From NCBI GenBank assembly GCA_024653945.1, contig JANLIT010000003.1:30097-94096 (forward strand): a DNA stretch of 64,000 nt, read 5' to 3'. The notes beneath the pieces were generated by a model. It saw only the letters and a list, made by a program, of their open reading frames with translations. It made no database searches and had not been told where the DNA came from. The first letter of the stretch is position 1; every line of letters begins with the position of its first letter. Position numbers and translations under genes: made by a program. Shown piece after piece: positions 1-8,221 of the stretch. This DNA comes from Candidatus Campbellbacteria bacterium. Lineage in GTDB: Bacteria; Patescibacteriota; Minisyncoccia; Phycocordibacterales; EsbW-18.

Positions 1-46
1 GGCGTCTAAAGTATCATTGCAAGATAAAATCCAAGTAAACACACTA

Positions 47-267
47 GCCACGTTTTAAGTCGCGTTTTAATTGACAGTACGCGACATGATTCTGCAGAAT
101 CAACTACGTGGCACGATTTCGCGGTTGTCGCGCCTTAGTCGACAGTTGCGCGACATGATTTTGAAAAACCACGTGCTATACTTAGTCACATAGAGTTCAT
201 TACCGGCTAATTTTAGAATTTCGCCACGTAACAATCGACGGTACGTGGCACGATTTCGCTAAATCGC
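47..267 (+). repeat. Cluster of two-hairpin repeat units (one nested pair plus two single units); the last unit ends 1 nt before the ATG at 268
   Basis: Stem-1 pairs GCCACGT/ACGTGGC, GTCGCGT/ACGCGAC and GTCGCGC/GCGCGAC; stem-2 palindromes TGATTC-TGCA-GAATCA and CGATTT-CGCT-AAATCG. Confidence 0.9.
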
Positions 268-804
268 ATGACACCACTACATAAATCTATTCTTATCATT
301 GTACTTCTTGCCGTAGCAGGAATTGGTCTTGCTGCCTACACGAAGATACAACCACCAATAGACGATGGAGGTATTGCGTGTACTGCAGATGCAAAAATTT
401 GTCCTGATGGTTCAGGTGTTGGTCGCGTAGGCCCTAATTGTGAATTTGCTCCGTGTCCAGAACCTACTCCAAGTCCTGTGCCAATAAGTCAAGGGAGTGG
501 AGTACGAGGTATTGTGTTATCTGGTCCACAGTGTCCCGTCATGCAGGTGGGTGTTCCGTGTCCTGATAAGCCACTTCAGACATCACTTACTATTGATATG
601 CCAAACAGTGAGCGTCTTAGTCCTCTACGAAATTTTAGTTCAGACAAAGAAGGGAAGTTCAGCATTGCTATCTCACCAGGTACGTACACCATTAGTACTG
701 GAGCAGATTCTGGTTTGATGTTTCCATGCCACACAGAACCTTTTGTTGTATCAGCAAACGCCTACACAAACGTGACCGTATCCTGTGACACTGGTATCCG
801 ATAG
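268..804 (+). CDS. Membrane-anchored or secreted Cys-rich hypothetical protein
   Basis: N-terminal hydrophobic helix, CTADAKICPDGSGVGRVGPNCEFAPCP motif, Pro-rich linker, beta-rich C-terminal domain. Confidence 0.8.
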   Translation: MTPLHKSILIIVLLAVAGIGLAAYTKIQPPIDDGGIACTADAKICPDGSGVGRVGPNCEFAPCPEPTPSPVPISQGSGVRGIVLSGPQCPVMQVGVPCPDKPLQTSLTIDMPNSERLSPLRNFSSDKEGKFSIAISPGTYTISTGADSGLMFPCHTEPFVVSANAYTNVTVSCDTGIR

Positions 805-825
805 ACCTTCTTTATGTAAAATTTT

Positions 826-938
826 GTCGCGCTCTAGGTCACGTAACAAGTCACGTTTTAAGTCGCGTTTTAATTGACGGTACGCGACATGATTCCGCAG
901 AATCACGTACGTGACATGATTCCGCAGAATCACTTGCG
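826..938 (+). repeat. Nested two-hairpin repeat, truncated at the 3' end
   Basis: Four 12-nt left-arm units (GTCRCG...) followed by two 27-nt units GTACGYGACATGATTCCGCAGAATCAC. Confidence 0.9.
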
Positions 939-961
939 TTATTTTTATTTTCATGTATAGT
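934..961 (+). promoter_or_regulatory. Putative sigma70 promoter for the structured RNA
   Basis: TTGCGT-16 nt-TATAGT, with TG immediately upstream of the -10. Confidence 0.5.
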
Positions 962-966
962 AGTAG

Positions 967-1242
967 CTGAAGGTCGCGGAGTGTCCTGCGCATGCATGGG
1001 CGTGCTGGTGGAACACAGAGTACGTGTGGAAGAACTCTTGGGGACCCTCCCAGTTGACGAGGAACTTGGACAATCCCTCTCAACTACCCTAGGTTCATCC
1101 TGCCCGAACCTGCTAGGACAGCAGACGGGTGCAATGGCAGGCACTTCGCGATCTTCGACCTTTGTCCCGCTCTTTTCGTTTTCTTTTCGCTCCTCTTCCA
1201 GGAGCACCTTCGGGTCCGTGCGAAATGTACGGGCCTTTTCTT
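967..1242 (+). ncRNA. Candidate structured non-coding RNA of unknown family
   Basis: 969-989 pairs with 1137-1156 (G-U tolerant on the + strand) and encloses four hairpins; ends in a GC hairpin plus U-run at 1213-1242; no convincing ORF. Confidence 0.6.
1213..1242 (+). terminator. Intrinsic terminator
   Basis: GGTCCGTGC-GAAAT-GTACGGGCC followed by TTTTCTT. Confidence 0.7.
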
Positions 1243-1356
1243 ATGGCGAGTTTTTTATTTGATGTGCTATTATTTTTGTACACAACTAAGGTGATGGATC
1301 CCGATAGTGATCAGGTGGCGATATAAAAAATATTTAAACTGCTTTAGACACACAGT

Positions 1357-2679
1357 ATGTCCAATAAAAAAAACAACGTGGTAGATGAAGCCACTATCGG
1401 GATGGAAAAAATTGTATCACTCTGTAAACGACGTGGTTTTATATTTCAGGGTTCTGAAATCTACGGCGGTCTCGCGGGGACATTTGACTACGGACCGTTG
1501 GGTGTGGAACTCAAAAACAACATCAAAGCACTCTGGTGGAAACGATTTATTCACGACCGAAACGATATGTACGGTGTAGATGCTGCTATTTTGATGAATC
1601 CGAAAGTGTGGGTGGCCTCAGGTCACGTGTCTGGATTCTCTGACCCACTTATTGAATGCACAAAGTGTAAACGACGTTTTCGCGCAGACCAGCTTAAAGA
1701 CCCAAAGAAATGCCCTGACTGTGGTGGAACACTTGGTGAAGAAAAACAATTCAATATGATGTTCACAACGCATGCGGGAACACAAGAAGATGAAAACTCA
1801 CTGACGTACTTACGTCCCGAAACTGCAGGAGGAATTTTTGTGAACTTCAAGAATGTGCTGGACTCACTCCATCCGAAGTTGCCGTTTGGTATCGGACAAA
1901 TTGGAAAAGCATTTAGAAACGAGATTGCTCCGCGTGATTTTCTTTTTCGTTCGCGAGAATTTGAACAAATGGAAGTTGAATATTTTGTTGCGCCTGAAAA
2001 CTGGGAAGGTGCGTTTGAGGAATGGAGAAAACAAATGCTCATGTGGACTGCAGAAATTGGTTTGAAAAATGAACATGTGCATGAACATGAGATTGCAAAA
2101 GAAGACCTAGCATTTTATTCAAAGCGAACAATTGATTTTGAATTTGATTATCCGTTTGGTCAGAAGGAACTCTATGGACTTGCATACCGCACCGACTATG
2201 ACCTCGGAGCTCACGCCGAGCACTCAAGCGTTGACCTCACCTATTTTGATGAAGACCTTAAAAAGCGCTTTATTCCACACGTTATTGAGCCGTCTCTTGG
2301 GGTGGATAGGACCGTCCTAGCCGTCTTATGCGACGCCTACAGAGAGGAAACCGTGGAAGGTGAGGTTCGGGTCGTTTTGGGCCTTTCGGCCTCAATTGCG
2401 CCCTACCACATGGCCGTACTACCCCTCATGAAGAAAGATGGTCTCTCTGAGAAAGCGCAAGAAGTATACAAAGAACTCTCTAAAAACCACCGAGTGCTCT
2501 ATGACGAATCTGGTTCAATAGGGAAGCGCTACCGACGACAAGATGAAATCGGAACACTGCTCTGTATTACTATTGACCACCAGACGCTTGAAGACGGCAC
2601 TATGACCGTTCGCGACCGCGACACCATGAAGCAGGAGCGCGTCACACTTGAAACTATTATTGCAATGCGCAGAACATAA
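1357..2679 (+). CDS. glyS: Glycine--tRNA ligase, dimeric (alpha2) type
   Basis: LRPETA, GKAFRNEI, REFEQME, IEPSLG and GSIGKRYRRQDEIG motifs. Confidence 0.97.
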   Translation: MSNKKNNVVDEATIGMEKIVSLCKRRGFIFQGSEIYGGLAGTFDYGPLGVELKNNIKALWWKRFIHDRNDMYGVDAAILMNPKVWVASGHVSGFSDPLIECTKCKRRFRADQLKDPKKCPDCGGTLGEEKQFNMMFTTHAGTQEDENSLTYLRPETAGGIFVNFKNVLDSLHPKLPFGIGQIGKAFRNEIAPRDFLFRSREFEQMEVEYFVAPENWEGAFEEWRKQMLMWTAEIGLKNEHVHEHEIAKEDLAFYSKRTIDFEFDYPFGQKELYGLAYRTDYDLGAHAEHSSVDLTYFDEDLKKRFIPHVIEPSLGVDRTVLAVLCDAYREETVEGEVRVVLGLSASIAPYHMAVLPLMKKDGLSEKAQEVYKELSKNHRVLYDESGSIGKRYRRQDEIGTLLCITIDHQTLEDGTMTVRDRDTMKQERVTLETIIAMRRT

Positions 2680-2761
2680 GGATGTTTGGTTTTTTGTTGT
2701 AAAATCAAAACATCTGGAGCACAATAGCCCCAGACGAACCCTACATGAGAAGGGAGGGTAT

Positions 2762-3448
2762 ATGGACTCAAGCGCTGCGCGCGCCCAGTGGCAAGCGACG
2801 CGGGAGTCCAATACTCCCCACGTCGTCAGTCTGTTCTACGAACAGCTCACACAGAAGTTGACGGGTGCAGAACATGCACCGAGCTACGATGAAGGTGACC
2901 TCATCCTCTGGCTTCCCAAGGGGGCAACGTTTGGCCTTGAGGTCAAAGGCGGTAGTTCCAACCACGCCTTCCGCATCGAGGACGAACAACTCGCCCGTCA
3001 TCACGTTCTCGCCGATCGGTATCCGTACGATGGTTTCCTGTACTTTCTGTTCGGCTACACATCGTACGAACCACGCAAGGTGGAGAACGGCGACCGACGT
3101 CGGTGCATGGTACGCAACGCAATCCTCAGAGGCTTTGGACGGAGGTTTCTTATCGAGAGAACTCGTCATCTCTGGATTGTGCCCGTGCAACTCATTGAGA
3201 CGCTACACCAGATGGTGGGAATCGGGGCGTCCGCGTTCCCGACTGGGTCCGGCGTACGCATCCAACGACGCATGCTCCAGACCTTTGCGCATGAGACGCA
3301 GGAGGCGCAGAACAGCTGGAGCGTCCGCAACGGCACGGTAGACATCCTACCACCACGCGGACGGACAAGGCGCATCTCCTTTGGGGTTACTATGTTCTGC
3401 TATAACGGCATGCCTGACATTCCCGTCAGGGGTGCTGTATGGAAGTGA
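2762..3448 (+). CDS. Hypothetical protein with PD-(D/E)xK nuclease-like motif
   Basis: SD GGGAGGG before ATG 2762; GD-x-LEVKGG motif followed by FRIEDEQL; GC-richer than its neighbours. Confidence 0.6.
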   Translation: MDSSAARAQWQATRESNTPHVVSLFYEQLTQKLTGAEHAPSYDEGDLILWLPKGATFGLEVKGGSSNHAFRIEDEQLARHHVLADRYPYDGFLYFLFGYTSYEPRKVENGDRRRCMVRNAILRGFGRRFLIERTRHLWIVPVQLIETLHQMVGIGASAFPTGSGVRIQRRMLQTFAHETQEAQNSWSVRNGTVDILPPRGRTRRISFGVTMFCYNGMPDIPVRGAVWK

Positions 3449-3449
3449 C

Positions 3450-3479
3450 CGCACCCGCTTGTAAGGGGGTGCGTTTTTG
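3450..3479 (+). terminator. Intrinsic terminator
   Basis: CGCACCC/GGGTGCG stem followed by TTTTT. Confidence 0.7.
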
Positions 3480-3618
3480 TATTTCGGAAATAATTATTTC
3501 ACAATCTGGTTACAATCTAGTCAATAATTCCTTATGCATAAAGGGCGTATACTCTGAAACAGATGCACCTCACAACACGAATACAACCCGTATCGCACCA
3601 CAACCAAGGAGATGGGAG

Positions 3619-6318
3619 ATGCTCAATAACGCTGATGCACTCACTGTACACAGTGAGGACATCCGCGCCCTTCAGAGCTCCTCACCATCATTCTGGGTGT
3701 GGGCACGAGAGGCGTGGATCAAAGGATACCTTGACATCGTCGTCGAGGCCGTTATCACGACTGGCGTAGCCAATGATGTACCGGGGACGCTCGCATATCT
3801 TCAGGCGATTTACCTAGACCAAGTCGGTGGTTCAAAAAAAGTAGCACTCACCGATTTTGCAGGGAAAAATCCCTGGAACAAGCTCCACGCACGTCTGAGT
3901 ATCGCACTGGGCAAGACAAAACCCGCCACTGAACAAGATCTCACGCTTATGCACGGGATTATTGGTCACGCTGCGCTTCCACGACTATTTTCGAGCCGCT
4001 TATTCAGGGAACGAAATCATCGTGTCCTGCGCGAGGAAATGCGCCAAAGCTTGTTGTCGTTCTCTCCGAAGGAAACCGAGATTGGACAAATGACGTTCGG
4101 TTTCGGCGCTGATGTTCCTGCTACCTACGACGCTGTCGGACGCTTGGAAAGCGGTAAATCCGTTCTTGCACGAACAGCTCTGAAAAGAGCGATGACGTTC
4201 TGGAAGGAACACCGCTTGGCAGTCAATGAAGATAACCGCGCACAGTGGCGCGTGCTCGTTCCAAGACTTCGCGTAATCATGGAACCGATTTTCGGTCACT
4301 ATGTCTCGCGACTCGATCTGCATCCAGCCGCTAATCCCGAGATGACGTTCCTGACGCTCATGAGTTGGGCGAGTACGCTGTACTACTGGAAAGAGAATTA
4401 TCGTCGGGTTCTCTTCTCCGAGATAAATACCGTGCTCTCTACGCACGGTTTTCCCGGAGGAAGAGTTGACGCGGTTGAACTCCGCAGAATTGAAGGGGAA
4501 CGACTGACAAGAAAACAGGGTCTCATTCTCGAGTCCCTCAAGGTTCTCCGAAATCGTTCTGCGGGTGAACTCGTTGGTAGGTTCCAACGACAATTTCCCG
4601 GCGTTCTTGAAATTGCAATTCTCGACTGGAAGTTTGCTGTCGGAGACGCACTGGTTCGAGGAGAAATCATCAAACCAAGTGATATCGCGCGCGAACCGTT
4701 TCCAAAGCATCGCTTTCAAGTTGAGCGGTATCTCGCGCTGGCAATTCTTGACCACAGTCTGCAACATGGCATTCGGTATGACGACGAGGTATGGGCCCAG
4801 TACGGACATCGGCTTACCGCCGATGTTGTGTACTTTCTGCCGGGCACACTGCCAATCGTGCATACCGTTGCTCCGGATACTGCACTGCTCAAAGAAGTCT
4901 TCACGACCAGCACTGCCCAGCCTTGGGATAACGCGCGTGACCGCTCGACAATACGTCTGGCCAATAACGCAATCCTAGGACACCTTCTGGGTCTCATTGA
5001 GGGCGGACACAAAGGTAAACAGAACAAGAATGGCACGTCCGCAACTCTACAGGCAGAACTCTTCGACGGACGCACTGGATACGCATCCGTGACGGACATC
5101 ATTGAGAAGCACAAAAACGGGAAGACGGCCGTCGACGTTCACGGCATCATCTTCAAGACGGCGAACGGCAGTTACGAGATGCACTTTGATCGGTTGGTTG
5201 CTGCGGTCGAGCGAGATGATATCGGAACTCGGAATTTCTCCGCCGAATACGGAGGCAAGGTTTCGTGCATGATGCCAGGTCATGATGATTCTGGTCCATC
5301 CATGCACATCTACCTTGACGGAACCCCGCGATTCTTTTGCTTCGGCTGCGAAGCGCGCGGTATCATCGCTGTCAGCTCACTACCCGATCACTTCGAGATA
5401 TCACCCAGCACATTCCGTCGGCACCATATGCCGATGCAGACGGGGGAAAAGGAGACCAGTCTCGATATCTTGATTCCCGAGCGTTACCATCACCTGTTCA
5501 CCACTCTGCAAGAAAGTCTTGCGAGCGCTTTTCACGGAAGCTCTGCGGAACGGTACGTCGCATACAAGCGCAGAATCGACCCTGATCTTGCGTTCACCTA
5601 TGGCGCCGGTTTCGGTACATCGGCGTTACTCAACGACTTACTCGATGCGAAATGCTCGCTTGAGGAGCTTGCGACAAGTGGTATCATCCGCTTCTCTTCA
5701 GAGGTCAAGCCTGACAGCGTCGTCCCACGGCTCTTGAAACGGCACGGCATGCACATTGAGGAACTGACGCGGACCGTGAAGAAAAAGCCCGCATTGCCGT
5801 ACTGTCTTCTCTTTGACCGTGTTACGTTTCCTCTGACGTTTGAAGGTCGTCTCTCGAACTTCTACGCACGTAGCATATCGCCGAGAGGTCTTCCTCATGT
5901 GAAGCTTTCCACGCACCTCACGCAGGGTGGCTTCAACATGGTTGCTCTTGCTGACCCGAACTCCTCTGAAGTAATTATGACCGAAGGAGCCTTTGACGCG
6001 CTCACCCTCATTTCGATGGGGTTTACGAATGTCTTCTCGCTCATCGGCGTATTCAATGTCCCGTTGTTCGGGAGCATCATGCGTTCCGGCAAAGATCTGG
6101 CAACTGCCTTCGACCGCGATTCAAACGTCTACAAAACAGGGCAGACGAAAACCTTGAAGATTGAGAAAAAACTGCGGGAGTGGGGATTTCCGGGACGTGT
6201 TTGTGACTATACCGAAGCCTTCATTCAGAAGCTTCCTCCTGAGGAACGTCCGTCTGAAGGAGATGGTACAAAGTGGGATTTCAACGGATGGTGGTGCGAC
6301 CCTGCCCGCCGCCGTTAA
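3619..6318 (+). CDS. PD-(D/E)xK nuclease + CHC2 Zn finger + DnaG-type TOPRIM primase fusion (~899 aa)
   Basis: SD AAGGAG/GGGAG; GGRVD...ILDWKF...QVERY; CMMPGHDDSGPS...FFCFGC; FDRVTFPL, TEGAFD, AFDRD. Confidence 0.8.
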   Translation: MLNNADALTVHSEDIRALQSSSPSFWVWAREAWIKGYLDIVVEAVITTGVANDVPGTLAYLQAIYLDQVGGSKKVALTDFAGKNPWNKLHARLSIALGKTKPATEQDLTLMHGIIGHAALPRLFSSRLFRERNHRVLREEMRQSLLSFSPKETEIGQMTFGFGADVPATYDAVGRLESGKSVLARTALKRAMTFWKEHRLAVNEDNRAQWRVLVPRLRVIMEPIFGHYVSRLDLHPAANPEMTFLTLMSWASTLYYWKENYRRVLFSEINTVLSTHGFPGGRVDAVELRRIEGERLTRKQGLILESLKVLRNRSAGELVGRFQRQFPGVLEIAILDWKFAVGDALVRGEIIKPSDIAREPFPKHRFQVERYLALAILDHSLQHGIRYDDEVWAQYGHRLTADVVYFLPGTLPIVHTVAPDTALLKEVFTTSTAQPWDNARDRSTIRLANNAILGHLLGLIEGGHKGKQNKNGTSATLQAELFDGRTGYASVTDIIEKHKNGKTAVDVHGIIFKTANGSYEMHFDRLVAAVERDDIGTRNFSAEYGGKVSCMMPGHDDSGPSMHIYLDGTPRFFCFGCEARGIIAVSSLPDHFEISPSTFRRHHMPMQTGEKETSLDILIPERYHHLFTTLQESLASAFHGSSAERYVAYKRRIDPDLAFTYGAGFGTSALLNDLLDAKCSLEELATSGIIRFSSEVKPDSVVPRLLKRHGMHIEELTRTVKKKPALPYCLLFDRVTFPLTFEGRLSNFYARSISPRGLPHVKLSTHLTQGGFNMVALADPNSSEVIMTEGAFDALTLISMGFTNVFSLIGVFNVPLFGSIMRSGKDLATAFDRDSNVYKTGQTKTLKIEKKLREWGFPGRVCDYTEAFIQKLPPEERPSEGDGTKWDFNGWWCDPARRR

Positions 6319-6371
6319 TGCGCACCGCTCAAACGGTCGTAAGAAGAACTGTTCCTTTGAAATTTGTGAAT

Positions 6372-6399
6372 TGCCCGGCATGCGCTGGGCAGTTTTTTT
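6372..6399 (+). terminator. Intrinsic terminator
   Basis: TGCCCGGC/GCTGGGCA stem followed by a T-run. Confidence 0.7.
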
Positions 6400-6430
6400 A
6401 ACCTGCGTTTTCTGTTAAAGTATAGGGGTA

Positions 6431-7408
6431 ATGAAAAGCACCGGTAAAAAAATCGCACTTTCAGGCGTGAAGCCAACAGGCCGACCACACATCGGAAATT
6501 ATTTTGGTGCAATGAAGCAGTTTGTTGAACTGCAGGAAACACACGAGAATTATATTTTTGTTGCCAACTACCACGCGCTCATTGGTGTACAAAACGCGAA
6601 GACGCTTGCACAAGACACACGCGACGTGATTATTGATTATTTGGCAATCGGCATTGACCCAGATACAACAACACTCTTTTTGCAGTCAGATATTCCAGAA
6701 GTGACAGAACTTGCATGGATTTTTAACACACTCGTCACCGTTCCATACTTGCAACGAGCTCACGCATATAAAGATGCCATTGCAAAAGGAAAGGAGGCAA
6801 CCGTGGGACTTTTTGATTATCCCGTGTTGATGGCGGCGGATATTTTGCTTCCGAATGCGGATGTGGTGCCCGTTGGTGCAGACCAGAAACAGCATGTGGA
6901 GTATGCTCGAGACATTGCACAAAAATTTAATCTTGCGTTTGGCGATACCTTCACGGTTCCTGAACCTCTCATTTTGAAAGATGTTGCGATTATTCTCGGC
7001 ACCGACGGACAAAAAATGAGCAAGAGTTACAACAATACCATTCCATTGTTTGCGACACGTGATGAAATTACGAAGGCGGTGATGAGTATTCCAACCGATT
7101 CTGCTGGAGTTGCTGACCCCAAAGATCCTGAAAAAGATTTTGTATTCCAATTCCACAAACTATTCGCAGGAGATAAACTCGCAGAGATTCGCGCTGGCTA
7201 CGAAAAAGGTGGGCTCGCGTATTCAGAATCAAAGAAAATGCTCATTGAAGAAATAGATGCGTTTTGTGCGCCTCTCCGAGAAAAACGCGCGAAGATTGCC
7301 GGCGATACAAAAATGGTTGACCGTGTCATTGCCGAGGGTAGAGACAAAATCCGTCCACACGCACAGGAATTGATGAAAAAAGTTCGCGAGAAAGTGGGGA
7401 TTGTATGA
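6431..7408 (+). CDS. trpS: Tryptophan--tRNA ligase
   Basis: PTGRPHIGNY, YPVLMAADIL, VPVGADQ and KMSKS motifs. Confidence 0.97.
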   Translation: MKSTGKKIALSGVKPTGRPHIGNYFGAMKQFVELQETHENYIFVANYHALIGVQNAKTLAQDTRDVIIDYLAIGIDPDTTTLFLQSDIPEVTELAWIFNTLVTVPYLQRAHAYKDAIAKGKEATVGLFDYPVLMAADILLPNADVVPVGADQKQHVEYARDIAQKFNLAFGDTFTVPEPLILKDVAIILGTDGQKMSKSYNNTIPLFATRDEITKAVMSIPTDSAGVADPKDPEKDFVFQFHKLFAGDKLAEIRAGYEKGGLAYSESKKMLIEEIDAFCAPLREKRAKIAGDTKMVDRVIAEGRDKIRPHAQELMKKVREKVGIV

Positions 7409-7427
7409 AGTGTGCAAAAAAAAGATA

Positions 7428-7455
7428 TTGACATACCGTATTCTTCATTTATAAT
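7428..7455 (+). promoter_or_regulatory. Consensus sigma70 promoter
   Basis: TTGACA-16 nt-TATAAT. Confidence 0.75.
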
Positions 7456-7503
7456 ACAGATAGAAAGGTTCAACCGACACACAATCAATTGAGGAGACTG
7501 GCG

Positions 7504-7728
7504 ATGAACAGCATTCCGAAGGACAAGAGTTACCCAAGTGATTCCGTGCAGTGCGGTGGTTGTCGTGGACGTGGGTGCAAGGAGTGCGAACAGCGGGGAT
7601 GGTTCACGCCAGCATCTCATCCAAGGGGGCAACGTTGTTGGCTGGGAACGTGCGAGAAGCCCCTCCCCCCAAACCACATTGCAGTCTACTGTTCCAACCA
7701 GTGCGCCCAAGACGACGCCACGGACTGA
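7504..7728 (+). CDS. Small double Zn-finger protein (74 aa)
   Basis: SD GAGGAG; CGGCRGRGCKEC and C-x4-C...YCSNQC; own promoter and terminator (7757-7790). Confidence 0.75.
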   Translation: MNSIPKDKSYPSDSVQCGGCRGRGCKECEQRGWFTPASHPRGQRCWLGTCEKPLPPNHIAVYCSNQCAQDDATD

Positions 7729-7865
7729 TGTTCTCGTCGCTCGCTTTCCGCCCTAGGAGCCGCTGCTCTTCGGGCGGCTCTTTTGTTTTTGGAGTTGCAT
7801 TTTTGGTTACCATTTCGTACACTCATATGTGGACGCGCAATCCAGCGCGACGAAAGGAGCACGGT

Positions 7866-7982
7866 ATGAGTAAGCCCCGGCAGGGTCGCAACCGTCACTG
7901 CAAGCGCTTGAGCCGCATGTTCAACCTCAAGAACGGCTGGCCCATGCATCGGCGGGTGATCCTCCGGCTTCGGGCCGCGTAG
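7866..7982 (+). CDS. Small basic protein (38 aa, MSKPRQGRNRHCKRLSRMFNLKNGWPMHRRVILRLRAA)
   Basis: SD AAAGGAG upstream; terminator GGGCGCCC/GGGCGCCC at 8012-8032. Confidence 0.6.
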   Translation: MSKPRQGRNRHCKRLSRMFNLKNGWPMHRRVILRLRAA

Positions 7983-8096
7983 ACCCGAGCATCCTTCTCT
8001 CAACCACCACCGGGCGCCCCACAAGGGCGCCCTTTATCTTTAACATACGGCTTGTGCACATTTGGGAAGAGGGGAAAAAACCTATATACTATGTAT

Positions 8097-8186
8097 ATGA
8101 ATCACGTTAGAAATAACACAGTAGGCGTGACGCATTATCAGACCGCGGGAGCAAACATTGGTAATGGGGTGTGTTTTATTAAATAG
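8097..8186 (+). CDS. Putative leaderless leader peptide (29 aa) upstream of aspS
   Basis: TATACT at 8085-8090, ATG 6 nt later; MNHVRNNTVGVTHYQTAGANIGNGVCFIK*. Confidence 0.4.
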   Translation: MNHVRNNTVGVTHYQTAGANIGNGVCFIK

Positions 8187-8221
8187 CATTGGAAACGAAC
8201 GTTTCTGATTTCTAACGTGAT
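8101..8221 (+). promoter_or_regulatory. Structured aspS leader closed by a perfect 14-bp inverted repeat overlapping the start codon
   Basis: ATCACGTTAGAAAT (8101-8114) is the exact reverse complement of ATTTCTAACGTGAT (8208-8221). Confidence 0.6.

Noticed and set aside
47-938. CRISPR array
   Set aside because: The palindromic units have no unique spacers of regular length, are nested and dispersed, and no cas genes are present.
751-1083. ORF with repeated VILRNHV/KRDL peptides (also ORFs 851-1207 and 981-1262)
   Set aside because: The peptide repeats come from translating the DNA repeat. There are no convincing start signals, and the region is better explained by RNA structure.
967-1242. 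Canonical T-box or glycine riboswitch for glyS
   Set aside because: The T-box-like word is near the 5' end rather than overlapping the terminator, and no Stem I or glycine-aptamer consensus was seen.
4000-4863. 287-aa antisense ORF and other long shadow ORFs (20570-21253, 24010-24585, 42912-43556, 54805-55494)
   Set aside because: They lie opposite better-supported genes and carry no recognisable motifs.
2762-6318. Prophage or integrative element
   Set aside because: No integrase, structural genes or flanking direct repeats were found.
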